54,191 nt of DNA from assembly GCF_001194135.2 (NCBI RefSeq), contig NC_069003.1, positions 36,429,154 through 36,483,344 on the forward strand. The letters are read 5' to 3'. The notes beneath the pieces were generated by a model. It saw only the letters and a program-made list of their open reading frames with translations, did no database searches and was not told where the DNA came from. How positions within the stretch are numbered: the stretch's first letter is position 1; every line of letters begins with the position of its first letter. A program made the position numbers and the translations under genes. Positions 37,001 through 50,100 of the stretch are shown here, in pieces. The stretch comes from Octopus bimaculoides. Its lineage: Eukaryota.

Positions 37001-40000
37001 AGGTGTCTTGTTGTAGGTGAGGTACAAAGTTACCTGGCCAGAGAGAGAGAGAGAGAGAGATTAATATGTGTTTTGAGAAATAGAAATAATTTTAAGAGTT
37101 TGTCTCTAATTATTTTTCAGATTTTATGATGATCGTGACAATTGTTGATGAGTCACTAATTCAAGTTGGTGAAAAATTGAAATGTTTGCTATTTTCACAT
37201 GAAGAAGAAAATTTACCCCAAGTGAAAATTGGTAGCGTCATTAGATTCCACAGATTACGTGTAAATATCCAAATCTTGATTCTTTTTTTTTTTTTCCCCC
37301 ATAAATACTTTTGTTTCATTTTTTTCATTTTATGAGAACCTACCAATTGCTGAGACCGTTGCTAAAAGGGAGGCTACACTACTTTGATAACCTGCAGCAC
37401 ATTAGAATTGACCAAAGAAGAGAATCTGATTCCTGATGGATGGCACTTACTCTCAGAATTGTCAAAATGAACTGGTTAACAGTCATTGAAAGTGTCTTGA
37501 AGCTTTTGCTAGATTTATCACTAGATACACATGTTTTACGAAATTTATCTCCACTCATCTGACAAAAATGAGCTGTACATAGAATTGAAAAGGCTAGCTT
37601 TATTACATTCTGTGTCATGCTGCATCTCTCCNNNNNNNNNNNNNNNNNNNNNNNNNNNNNNNNNNNNNNNNNNNNNNNNNNNNNNNNNNNNNNNNNNNNN
37701 NNNNNNNNNNNNNNNNNNNNNNNNNNNNNNNACCAGCAAGCTGTTCCATTGATCAAATAAACTGGAATACTCATTGTTGTACCTGATGGAATGCCAAAGA
37801 AGAAAGATCACACACACACACACACACGTTTTAGTTATGGATATAGAAACTGAAAATGTCATCTCCTTTACAACACTGAAATTATAAATGTGACTTGTTC
37901 TTTAACAGATTGTCTAAATTATGGTTTATGTTTCTAGGTTAATGTCCATAACAGGGAATTGCAAGGAAGGAATGGAGCTGGCTTCTCCTGGTTAGTTGTT
38001 GATAACCAGAGAGATGGCTGCTTAGTTCCTAAAACTTCCAGCACGAATTACACTTTCACAGATTTTGACAGGCAGAAGGTAAGAACATTACTGTGCTAAA
38101 CATTATTCTCATGAGTTTTGCTTTTATTTAAGAGATTATTTTAGGGATGTTTCAACCTAAGTTGTCATATCACTACTACCAAGAAGAAGAATTTCACATG
38201 CATATCTTTCCATATTGGGAGGATTGGTTTGGGATAAATGTGATTGAATATTCTCTTTATCATCATATATCTGTTTTCCTTGCTGGCATGGGTTAGTTGA
38301 TTTGACCAGAGCTGGCAAGGCCAAGAGCCATACCAGTCATCTGTTTCAGCATGGTTTCTACAGCTGGATGCTCTTCCTAATGCCAACCACTTTGCAGAGT
38401 GTACATGGTGCTTTTTCTGTGTCACCAGCACTGACAGGGTCACCAAGTAACTTGCAAATGCAAAAACCCCATCAACTGGGAAGAGGGAGTAGTAGTGACA
38501 GCAGTGGTGGCTTTGTGCCAGTTGATGAAAGATTAGGGGTATCGAAGGACAGGGGTAGATGTCTTGCTGTAGAGTTGAAAAAGAATGGAGGGGGAGTTAT
38601 GTTTTCTTTTCAACCCCATCATCGAGCATGTTCCAGTTATTTCATCCCAAGTTTTTCTGAAACTTAAGTTTGCTACCACCTGCCATTTGTTTCCAATACT
38701 TTTTCCTTAAGCATCATTATTATTATGAATTCTATTTACTCATCATACGAAATCCAGTGTTGCAAGGATTTTGGTAATCTTTCTCATACACTGACTTCCT
38801 CAGCTTTCCTCTTTTTCTCTCCTAGCATCATTTGAAAAGGGAATTCTTTGACCTCTTCTTGGAGTAACACAGTTCTATAAACCCGTTGTTCTCCTACATT
38901 GAAGAAGACTACAATCTACAACACTAATTTGGAGATTGTAGTCACAGAACTTGTTCAATACCAAATCTCTACTGTTGAATTGTGATCCTTGAAGCTGGGT
39001 TGAGAAAGGGAACTTTAAGTGGAAAAATATCTCTATTAGGAGATCTTTAAGTGTAAACGACATATAAGAAAAATTAGGGGTCTGCTTCTATTTGAGTAAA
39101 ATACTGTTTGTTTTTGTCTTTTGTAGATTAAAAGCTTGTTTTGTGTGAAACTGCAAAATCAAGAACTTAGGAGCCAAGATTTGGTAAAAAATCTTCAGCA
39201 ACTCAGAGAAGGAATATATTTTGATTTCCTCTGCCAAGTAAGTTGATCTGTTCATTTTGAGTTGTTTTTTTTTTTCTGGAATTTAATACAATTTTTCAAC
39301 AAAAGGTGATTTTTTTTTTTTCACTTGTTAAACATGGAATTCTGTTCGACTCAATCAATGTAACTGAAAGTTTGAAGTCATCATCATCATCATCATCATT
39401 TAATGTCTATTTTTCATGCTGATAGGACCTGACGGGTCTAAAGCTGTATCATGCTCCTGTTGTCTGGTGTTTGGCATGGTTTCTACAACCTAAAGCTGTT
39501 CCCATGGGCAAATAGTTTTAAACTCTTCTGCTATGGCCTGAAGGACTTACAATGAATAAGAAGGGACTGAGAACTGAGCCCTGGTGAACTTGTACTTGCA
39601 CATTAAATCTATCACAAATTCTCTCCTTACTGACAACCCCTATACATGGTTGTATATGGCTCTCACACATATTTTTGTTCTTTTCATCATCATCATTGTT
39701 TAACGTCCGCCTTCTGTGCTGGCTTAGGTTGGATGGTTTGACAGGAGTTGGCCAGGCAGAAACCTGCACTAGACTTCTGTGACTGTTTTTGCAGGATTTT
39801 TATAGCTGGATGCCCTTCCTAACACCAACCACTCAGCAGAGAGGACTCAGTGCTTTTTACNNNNNNNNNNNNNNNNNNNNNNNNNNNNNNNNNNNNNNNN
39901 NNNNNNNNNNNNNNNNNNNNNNNNNNNNNNNNNNNNNNNNNNNNNNNNNNNNNNNNNNNNNNNNNNNNNNNNNNNNNNNNNNNNNNNNNNNNNNNNNNNN

Positions 40001-43000
40001 NNNNNNNNNNNNNNNNNNNNNNNNNNNNNNNNNNNNNNNNNNNNNNNNNNNNNNNNNNNNNNGGGGAGGGGGCATTGGATCTTGTGTTGGATGATGAAAG
40101 GTGAGACAGAGAGACAGAAACAGGTGTCTTGCTGTAGAGGAAGTACAAGGTTATTCAGCCGGGGAGAGAGAGAGAGAGAGAGATGAGGAATGAAGAGAGA
40201 AACAGGTGTGCTACCACAAAGAAAATACACGGTTACCCAACCTAATGGAAATGCAGGAGAAGGAGAGAGAGAGAGAGAGAGGAGACAGCAGGGTGGAGAG
40301 GGTTGCAGAGTGCCAGTCATACTGACAAAGGACAGGGATGAGAATATAAATGGGATGGTTGAGTAAAGGAAGAGAGAGAGATGTATAGATGGTGGCAAGT
40401 GCCAGGGCATACCCTTGAGGTTCAAATGCCATAATATAAGTGACAGGGTATTGTGAAGGAATCGTGATTAAAGAGTGTTGGGGAGGGGCGAAAACTTGGG
40501 TATATATAGATTTGGGGGGAACACACAGGTCAGGGGCCAGCAGATAGCTGTGAGACAGGGTGTGAGGGTGGAATACATAGGTCGGGGGTTAGCGGAGAGC
40601 AATGATACAGTGGGACAGGGCCAAGAGGACAGGATTGGGGTGGGTGGGAGATAAGCATAGTGCATGAAGCAGGAATGTGAGGAAGAGAAGAGATGTAGTT
40701 TGGTTTGCTGTAGTAAAGTGTGGGTGGGACACACAGACCTTCTAGAACTCAGTTTTGTTAATGTGGGTGGGTCTTCTGGAGAAGTTCATATTGCCAGGCA
40801 TCCTGGTCCACTGCCATTTCCTCTGTGAGGCCCAACATCCTGAGATCAGGCCTTACCACTCCATCCCACGTCTTCCTGGGCCTCCCTCTTCCGCCGGTAC
40901 CATCCACTTTCAGTGATCTGCACTTCTTTATGCAGTTGTCCTCAATTTAATAAACTGAAGAGGATGGAAGTTTGTCCACAACTGGAACCTGTCCTTCTTA
41001 AGCACTTTATAAACAGTGAGGAGTCATCCCATAAACTATTAACGTCTGTTTTCCATGCTGGCATGGGTCGGATGACTTAATGGGATCTGACGAGCCATTG
41101 AACTGCATCAAACTCCACTGTTTTGGCATAGTTTTTACAGTTGGATGCCTTTCCCAATGCCAACAGCTTTACAGAGTGGAGTGGGTACTCTTTACATGGC
41201 ACCAACACTGACAGAGGTCACCAAGTGACTTATAAGTTAACTGAGGTGGGGAGAGAGGAAGTAGTGTAGAAGGAGGTGGTTTTGTACAATGTGATGGAAG
41301 GAACTGGAACAGTTATCTTGCTGTGGAGGAGGTACATGGTTACCTCAGTTGGAAAGGACTGAAGTAGTGAAGTAGTCCATGGTTACCTCAGTTGGAAAGG
41401 ACTGAAGTAGTGAAGCAGTACATGGTTACCTCAGTTGGAAAGGACTGAAGTAGTGAGGTAGTACATGGTTACCTCAGTTGAAATGACTGAAACAAGTAAA
41501 AGAGTATAAGAGAAGCAGAACGGGTGGGTAGTAAGTCAATGGTTATCAGAAAAATATAACATCATAACTTCACTGTGGTGTATGGAATCCTAGAAAGACA
41601 ATGAACTTGGCTGTAAGTCTTTAGAATTGCATTGAGGTAGAATTGAATTTATTCAGTTAATTTTTATTAATTATTGTTTTTAGTGGAATATTAATTGTGG
41701 TCTTGAAACTACTTTAGGTTGTGGCTGTCTCGGCTGTCGATCTCAACGTTTGCTATTTACTTCAAGTCTGGGATGGCAACCATCCTTCTTGGTGAGTAAA
41801 GCAACTTTTTTTTTTTTTTTCCCCTTTTTTCACTGTATTCAATCTGAGATGTCGTCTTCCTCATATCGTAAGAAGGCAGGGAGCTGCCAGAGTCGTTATC
41901 ATGTCAGACAAAATGCTTTGTGGCATTTTTTTCCACTTCTTTACATTCTGAGTTCAAATCCCGCATAGGTTGACTTTTCCTATTATTCTTTTGGGGGAAG
42001 GAAGGGGGAGGTCAATGAAATCGAGTACCAGTCATACACCGAGGTTGTTGTAATTGACTTACTGCCTCCTCTCAAAGTGATGGACTGGCATGTCCTCTTC
42101 AAGAAGAATGCTGTGATATCAGTCACTTATTCACCATGGGAACTGGCCTTAGGAGTCAGTCCTAGGGTTCAAGGGGGAAAATAAAGTAAAAACTCTTGTA
42201 ATAAAGGTGATGTGGAATGAGTCTGTAACTTAGGATTTCAATTCACAGTTGGAACCGTTTCTCATAGATTATCAATACAAATTAAGAGAACAACTTGTGA
42301 CCCCAAATAAGCATATTATTTCTTTGTCGACAATTCAGTTGATCAGGGTTCATCAAGAGCCTATGTTTCCACAAATTAGAGTTTTGGTAATTTTTAAAAC
42401 TTGAAAAGCAAAGTGAAAAACGGAACACATGACTAATAATATTTTGAAAAAAAGGTNNNNNNNNNNNNNNNNNNNNNNNNNNNNNNNNNNNNNNNNNNNN
42501 NNNNNNNNNNNNNNNNNNAAAGACTCTTACTAAAAGTGGCACTTGCTTCTGGCTCACTGTGGAATGATGTCCAGACTGTGTGCTCTTTAATAGATTGGGA
42601 GATTATTATTACCTTGTTCAGAAACCGGTGAGCATTGACATCAGGAAAAGTGTCCAACCATAGAAAAGTCTGCCCCCAGTGTAGTTTTGTCTGATCCATG
42701 CAACAAAGGAAAAGATGCTAAAATGATGAAGATGATGACGACGACGACAACACTGCTGCTGCCCTTACATTTGTTTTGTTTAATGTCTTTTTCTGTCAGC
42801 ATGGCTGAGGTAGGAGTTAACTGAGGCAAACTCTTTAAATCTGGATGGTCTTGTTGCTGTCAGCCTTTACCTGTTTTACAAGTAAGGGATTATCTATAAA
42901 TCCATTATTCTATTTAAATAGATTAAGGTTCAGGAAAGAAGCAATGTTTCTCTAGTGTTCATCATCATCATCATTGTTGTTTAACATCCGCTTTCCATGC

Positions 43001-45305
43001 TGGCATGGGTTGGACAGTTTCACAGAAGCCTGCACCAGTCTTCTATGAATGTTCATTCTTAAAATTGATTTCATGTTAATTTGTCAAATATTTCTCTAGT
43101 GTTTATAGTTCAAAGGATTTTTTAAACTCGGAAATCTGTTTTTTTTTCTATTTTTCAGTCCTCTCTATGCTGTTGAAGTAAACGAGAGGAATATGATTTT
43201 GCACACTGACATGGAACTAAGGAAAGTCGCCAAAGATTGGTTGGTTGATGTCTGTGTCTTTGATGATCATTGTGAAAAAGCTTCAACCATAAAGGTTTGT
43301 TTTCTCATTAATACTGTGTTGTTAATTAAATTGATATATCTTTTCTATTATAGGCAGAAGGCTTGAAATTTTGTGGAAAGGGGTCAGTTACATCAACCCC
43401 AGTGGTTAACTGGTACTTATTTCATAGATTCTGAAAGGATGAAAGACAAAGTTGGCCTCAGTGGAATTTGAACTCAGAATGTAGCAAAGACAGACAAAAT
43501 GCAGTGAACTGTTTTGTCCAGTGTGCTAATAATTCAGTCATCTTGTTAATTAAATTAATATAGAGTAATATAATTAATAGTGAGAGCAAGTAAAAGTATT
43601 AATGGAAAGTCTATAAAAATAGCCTCTTAGATGAAGTGTTAATTACACAGATTAAGGATGGTTTATCTTTTTATTTTTTATCTTGTTTCAGTCATTTGAC
43701 TGGCCATACTGGAGCACTGCTTTGAAAGGGTTTAGATTGACCCTAGTACTTTATTTTTAAATCTGGTACTCATTCTATCAGTATCTTATTCCAAGCCATT
43801 AAGTTATGGAGATGTAATCAAATTNNNNNNNNNNNNNNNNNNNNNNNNNNNNNNNNNNNNNNNNNNNNNNNNNNNNNNNNNNNNNNNNNNNNNNNNNNNN
43901 NNNNNNNNNNNNNNNNNNNNNNNNNNNNNNNNNNNNNNNNNNNNNNNNNNNNNNNNNNNNNNNNNNNNNNNNNNNNNNNNNNNNNNNNNNNNNNNNNNNN
44001 NNNNNNNNNNNNNNNNNNNNNNNNNNNNNNNNNNNNNNNNNNNNNNNNNNNNNNNNNNNNNNNNNNNNNNNNNNNNNNNNNNNNNNNNNNNNNNNNNNNN
44101 NNNNNNNNNNNNNNNNNNNNNNNNNNNNNNNNNNNNNNNNNNNNNNNNNNNNNNNNNNNNNNNNNNNNNNNNNNNNNNNNNNNNNNNNNNNNNNNNNNNN
44201 NNNNNNNNNNNNNNNNNNNNNNNNNNNNNNNNNNNNNNNNNNNNNNNNNNNNNNNNNNNNNNNNNNNNNNNNNNNNNNNNNNNNNNNNNNNNNNNNNNNN
44301 NNNNNNNNNNNNNNNNNNNNNNNNNNNNNNNNNNNNNNNNNNNNNNNNNNNNNNNNNNNNNNNNNNNNNNNNNNNNNNNNNNNNNNNNNNNNNNNNNNNN
44401 NNNNNNNNNNNNNNNNNNNNNNNNNNNNNNNNNNNNNNNNNNNNNNNNNNNNNNNNNNNNNNNNNNNNNNNNNNNNNNNNNNNNNNNNNNNNNNNNNNNN
44501 NNNNNNNNNNNNNNNNNNNNNNNNNNNNNNNNNNNNNNNNNNNNNNNNNNNNNNNNNNNNNNNNNNNNNNNNNNNNNNNNNNNNNNNNNNNNNNNNNNNN
44601 NNNNNNNNNNNNNNNNNNNNNNNNNNNNNNNNNNNNNNNNNNNNNNNNNNNNNNNNNNNNNNNNNNNNNNNNNNNNNNNNNNNNNNNNNNNNNNNNNNNN
44701 NNNNNNNNNNNNNNNNNNNNNNNNNNNNNNNNNNNNNNNNNNNNNNNNNNNNNNNNNNNNNNNNNNNNNNNNNTGGGGACCTGATGCAGCTCTGTGGTTT
44801 GTTGGATCCTGTCAAAATGTCCAACCCATGCCAACATGGAAAATGGACATTCAGTGAGGATGATGATAAACAGTAGATTAAATAAAACTAGTGAAGAGAA
44901 TTTTTTTTTACCTCATTTTTAAACCTGAATTAGGATTTTGATAAACTGATTATTTTCTAATTACAGCCAGGAATGTTTGTAAAATTATTAAATCTTCATT
45001 GCCCAAGGCATAAAATTCCGGACATATTTAATGCAACATATTCTGAAGAATTGGAGCTTGTTCTCCATGGAGGAACATCTTATGGTCGAGGTATAAAAAT
45101 ACTTTCTGAAACAGATCCAGAAATAGAAGATCTCAAAATGAAATTAGAGCAATTAAGAAGAGCTGCTAAGGAGGTGGAAACAACTCGCACAAGTGTTAAA
45201 CGAAGTGCTGAGAGTTCTCCTTCAAAGAGTGTTAAAAGGAAACCAGTTGAAACAGGTAAGAATTTATTGCATTTAGGATATTGATACTGATAATTTACCT
45301 GTGTG

Positions 45306-45346
<41 letters not shown>

Positions 45347-45766
45347 CACTTTTGCCTGTCTCTTGTCAAAGCTTGTTTCTCCAGCGTTCACCACCTCACC
45401 TCATTATGGCTTAACAGCCCTCACCGTTTGTTTTTACTGTTTTGTTCTCATTGTCCTCTTTTTGTTACCACTTTAACCCTCTGCAAATCCCAAATTGTAT
45501 TTAATTTGCTATGCGGGAACGACTGTTCGAAACGCGGAGTAGATAGAACAGGGGACAACTGATGAAGGGATTGTTCTTTATGTTGCCTGTCTTGTTTCTC
45601 TATTATTTTTTTCGTTGTGCGAAAAAAAGTTTGTTTTCCATGTTCTTGTTTCTATATGTTCGCATTTTTTTGACATCCTGTACCCATATATGCATGTATA
45701 TAAACATATATATGTATATATGTATGTATATATGCATATATATGTATATATGCATATATATATATA

Positions 45767-45826
<60 letters not shown>

Positions 45827-47100
45827 TATATATATGACTTTCCCCAGACAATGAAAAAATTTGGAGTCAGCAACAAGGAGTCTGGTCAGACATTTATGTC
45901 TTAATAAATAGCATGGAAGGCGGACGTTAAACGATGGTGATGATATATAAACAAATGCAGGATGGAAGGTGTTTAAAAGCCATTTAAGAACACACAAAAA
46001 CATTTCAATTTAATTTGTCAAAATATTTTCATCACTTTGAGACCATGACCTGTTCACTGACAAAATTCTGTACTGCATATGGAATTTTGAACTGTAATAA
46101 AGGCTGTATTCACTGCTGTTTGCCATTGAGAAAAANNNNNNNNNNNNNNNNNNNNNNNNNNNNNNNNNNNNNNNNNNNNNNNNNNNNNNNNNNNNNNNNN
46201 NNNNNNNNNNNNNNNNNNNNNNNNNNNNNNNNNNNCCTCTCCTCCCGTCTCCCCGCCACCGCCTCCAGCCTTATTGTTCGCACCCTATGCACCCCCACCA
46301 TTTACTTCCTCCCGAAGTTCCATGAACCAAACAACCCTGGCCGCCCCATCGTCTCCGCCTGCAACTGCCCCACCGAGCTTATCTCAAAATACCTAGACCG
46401 TGTCCTCGCCCCCCACCCCCCTAGTGGCTTCTCTCCCTTCCTACATTCATGACACTAACGACGTGCTTCGTCTATTCAACTCTTTCTCTTTCCCTCCCGG
46501 CCCTTCTAAGCTTCTCTTCACTCTAGACATTCAGAGCCTCTATACCGTGATCCCCCACGACGAGGGGCTGCGTGCCCTGAAGTTTTTCTTAGACCAACGC
46601 CCCAACCCACAACCCGACACCTCCACACTCATTCGTCTGGCCGAACTTGTCCTATCTCTCAACTGCTTCTCTTTCGCGGGAGATATCTACCAGCACGTCT
46701 TGGGAGTGGCCATGGGGACGAGAATGGGCCCCAACTACGAGAACCTGTTCGTTATGTTGNNNNNNNNNNNNNNNNNNNNNNNNNNNNNNNNNNNNNNNNN
46801 NNNNNNNNNNNNNNNNNNNNNNNNNNNNNNNNNNNNNNNNNNNNNNNNNNNNNNNNNNNNNNNNNNNNNNNNNNNNNNNNNNNNNNNNNNNNNNNNNNNN
46901 NNNNNNNNNNNNNNNNNNNNNNNNNNNNNNNNNNNNNNNNNNNNNNNNNNNNNNNNNNNNNNNNNNNNNNNNNNNNNNNNNNNNNNNNNNNNNNNNNNNN
47001 NNNNNNNNNNNNNNNNNNNNNNNNNNNNNNNNNNNNNNNNNNNNNNNNNNNNNNNNNNNNNNNNNNNNNNNNNNNNNNNNNNNNNNNNNNNNNNNNNNNN

Positions 47101-47132
<32 letters not shown>

Positions 47133-50100
47133 TTGAAGTGGTAGATCAGATCTAGAAGCTTCCTATAATGTTTAACATATTGAAAAGAAATAAAATATTT
47201 AGATGAGTCTAAGTATGTTTGGATCTTATTTGAACTGTAATAAAGGCTGTATTCACTGCTGTTTGGCATTGAAAAAAATTCTTGCTGTAGGCAAAAGGTG
47301 TGTAGTAGAATATAATCTAAAGCAAAGAATCTCACATTTGAGAGGAAATGGTAATATGCAGATTATTGATGTAATTGAGAGACAAAGGGTCGTTGAAATA
47401 AGAATGAGTCTGATTAACAAAACATTTTTAATTTTATGAAAATATTCATGAACAAAGAAAATGAATTAGATATAAACAAAAGAATTATTTAAAAATTACC
47501 AATGAGAATGTATTAAAAGATTTTCTTTTCTTTTTGTCTGTAGGTCTGTGTAGTTCTCCCAACAAGATAGTGTCACGAACAGATAGTGAAATGACAAATG
47601 AATCTGATGACACTTCAAGTGAAATCCTCACAGATAGCCAGTCTAATTTTGAGGATTATGTGAAAGTTGCACCTAAAATACTTTTTTCCGTTGTCTCAGG
47701 TACTTGTTTTAACAAAATCTATTAAACTGTTAAAAAATATTTTTGATTATAGAATTTGAAGAGTCGGGAATCATTTGTCGGTTTTCAATGGTAAAAATTT
47801 TCCCAACAAACAATATAAGTACGACCTAAAGTTTCCTCTGAGGAAGAGCTTCATCACATCACAGCAACTGTACCAGTTTTTGTTTGTTTCTAAATATGTG
47901 TTGTTATTTCAAAGTAGGCAGTGATTATTTCTTGAAGAGATGAAGTCTTTGAGATAATCTCTAAAGATTGATTTATAAAATATGAATAGATACTTCTACT
48001 GTGTTGGTGCCACACAAAAAGCATGCAATCCACTCTGTAAAATGGTTGGCGTTAGGAAGGGCATCCAGCCATAGAAACCAATTCAAAACAAACAATCGGA
48101 GCCTGGTGCAGCTTTCTGTCAAACCATCCAACCTATGCCAGCATGGAAAACATGTGATGTTGAATGTGGAAGAATTGTAAAGTTTTATTCCTTATTTCCT
48201 GTTGAAACACTTTTTCTTTGTTTCAATTAATTTTGAAAATAAAGAAGAATTTAGTAAAATAATTTTGGCATTATTATGCAGATGTTTTAGAACATAAATT
48301 AGCATGGAATTTGATGGGCAATTTAAAATAATTTTAAAACAGGAGGTTTATATCATAGACTCAGGGGTGGTCTCAAGTATCTTGGCATCAAAATCATTAA
48401 TGTAATCAACAGTGTAAAAATCGATTTTCAACATATCTCTTCAGTTTCAATCAATGGATAAGAAATACATAAATCTTCCTGATGTCTATTTACTTCTGTC
48501 TTTTAAAAAAATTAATTTCTGTGAAATTGTTTTCCATTTTAATTCCAGTTATTCAAGGCCATCAATCTGTCGAGTTCGCTCATATCTGTGATATTATTAA
48601 CACCCCTGCTCCCATGAAATTCCGTCTTCTGACCAGAGTTTGGGACTACTGCCCCAAACTTACCAGCGTATCAGATTTTTTAAGTTTATTTTGTCCTGAA
48701 TGTAATTATACGTAAGTATTAATTCACTAATTGCCACCTAATGAATAATTTTCATGATAAATCCCAAAACGCTGGTTTTATAGGGTTTCACTTTAAAATA
48801 TTTTAAGACGTAGGTTTTATCAAGTCAAGAATTGGTAAAATATTTTTGTATTAGACTTTGAAGACTTTTTTGGGGTAAAAAGAAAGAAATATTTAATTAT
48901 TTGTAACTGCATACAGAACTGATATTTATTGCATTTTTGTTTTAACCATTTAAAACTTGCAGATTTTTAAAAAATTTTAAAGGTAATAACAAGTTTTTAA
49001 AAATTTTCATTGTAACTTAAAAAATTTACATTTAAAGTGTCATTTTATAATAAATGTATGTAATGTTCAATAAATATTGATATTTTTTTCTTCAAAATAA
49101 CATTCAGATTTTATGTTTTCAACTGATAATTACCATCCTAATTACCATTTTTCCATCCTAATTCTCTCTTTAGAACACCAATAAATAATTACAAATTAGA
49201 ACCGTCGACTTTTCATATAAAGGATGGTGTTGAATATTATCGTTGTCCCTATTGTGCCTCAAAGAATATTTCTGATGGTAAGTGATGATTGTTTTGTTCT
49301 AGCATGGCTCGAATGGTTGATAATCATTGGCAACATCACTTGAAACTCATTTGTCTCCACTTATATGGGTCAGATGAGATTCTTAGAGGCTGGTTTACGA
49401 CAGGATGCTCTTCCTGTCATCAATCCTCATCTTTATGATTTCTCATAATCCTTCCAACAACATAATTGCACATGAATGATACTGTCTCTTACTGCTTTTC
49501 TACTCAACATTGTTCAGTCTTTCAACATTGTTGTTGATGTGGCTAAAACCTTTTTTTTGTTTTTGTTTTTAAAGTGTAATTGGTACTTCTGTTGTGGTAC
49601 CTTTCACCCTTTCCAAGGCAAATGTTTGGATGGGATTGACATCATTCTGTTGGCAGAAACAAGAACCAGACTACTAAGCACAAAGAACGAGCCGGAAAGA
49701 TCAGGCTGAGAATTAATTGTGAAATGGTGTACAAAAGCCTCAGATTCTTGTTCTGTTATCCAGAACGGAAAGATTTCTTCAGATTATGTCTATGGGGGAA
49801 CCAGTCAAAAAGAAGTTTCATCTGTCATCTCTTGTACACCTGCTGCTGCTTTGAACTGAAGCCCACAAATCCTTTTGGCTCCTCTTAACCTATGTCTTTC
49901 AATATCGTAGCCTGAAAATCAAAGCAAAAGTTTCAGTGCCTCATGTTGCTTGTGCTTCCATATTCTATGACTGTGAGATTTGGGTATTATGCAATTAGAA
50001 AGATCACCTTAAAAGGTTTCATCAAGTTCAAATAGGGTTGACCCTGAATGTTAAATGCAATGACTGTTGAAATGATGATGTCCTGACAAGGACAATCCAG

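Noticed and set aside
41333-41492. 43-bp direct repeats as a CRISPR-like array
   Set aside because: The units are contiguous with no spacers, there are no cas genes and the context is eukaryotic; this is an ordinary minisatellite.
45562-46003. IY/YI-rich ORFs on both strands
   Set aside because: They are translations of (TA)n microsatellite.
47753-47790. Extra POT1 mini-exon after a 53-nt intron
   Set aside because: Its exit phase (0) does not match the next exon (phase 1), and exon 47544-47699 already joins 48549 in frame.
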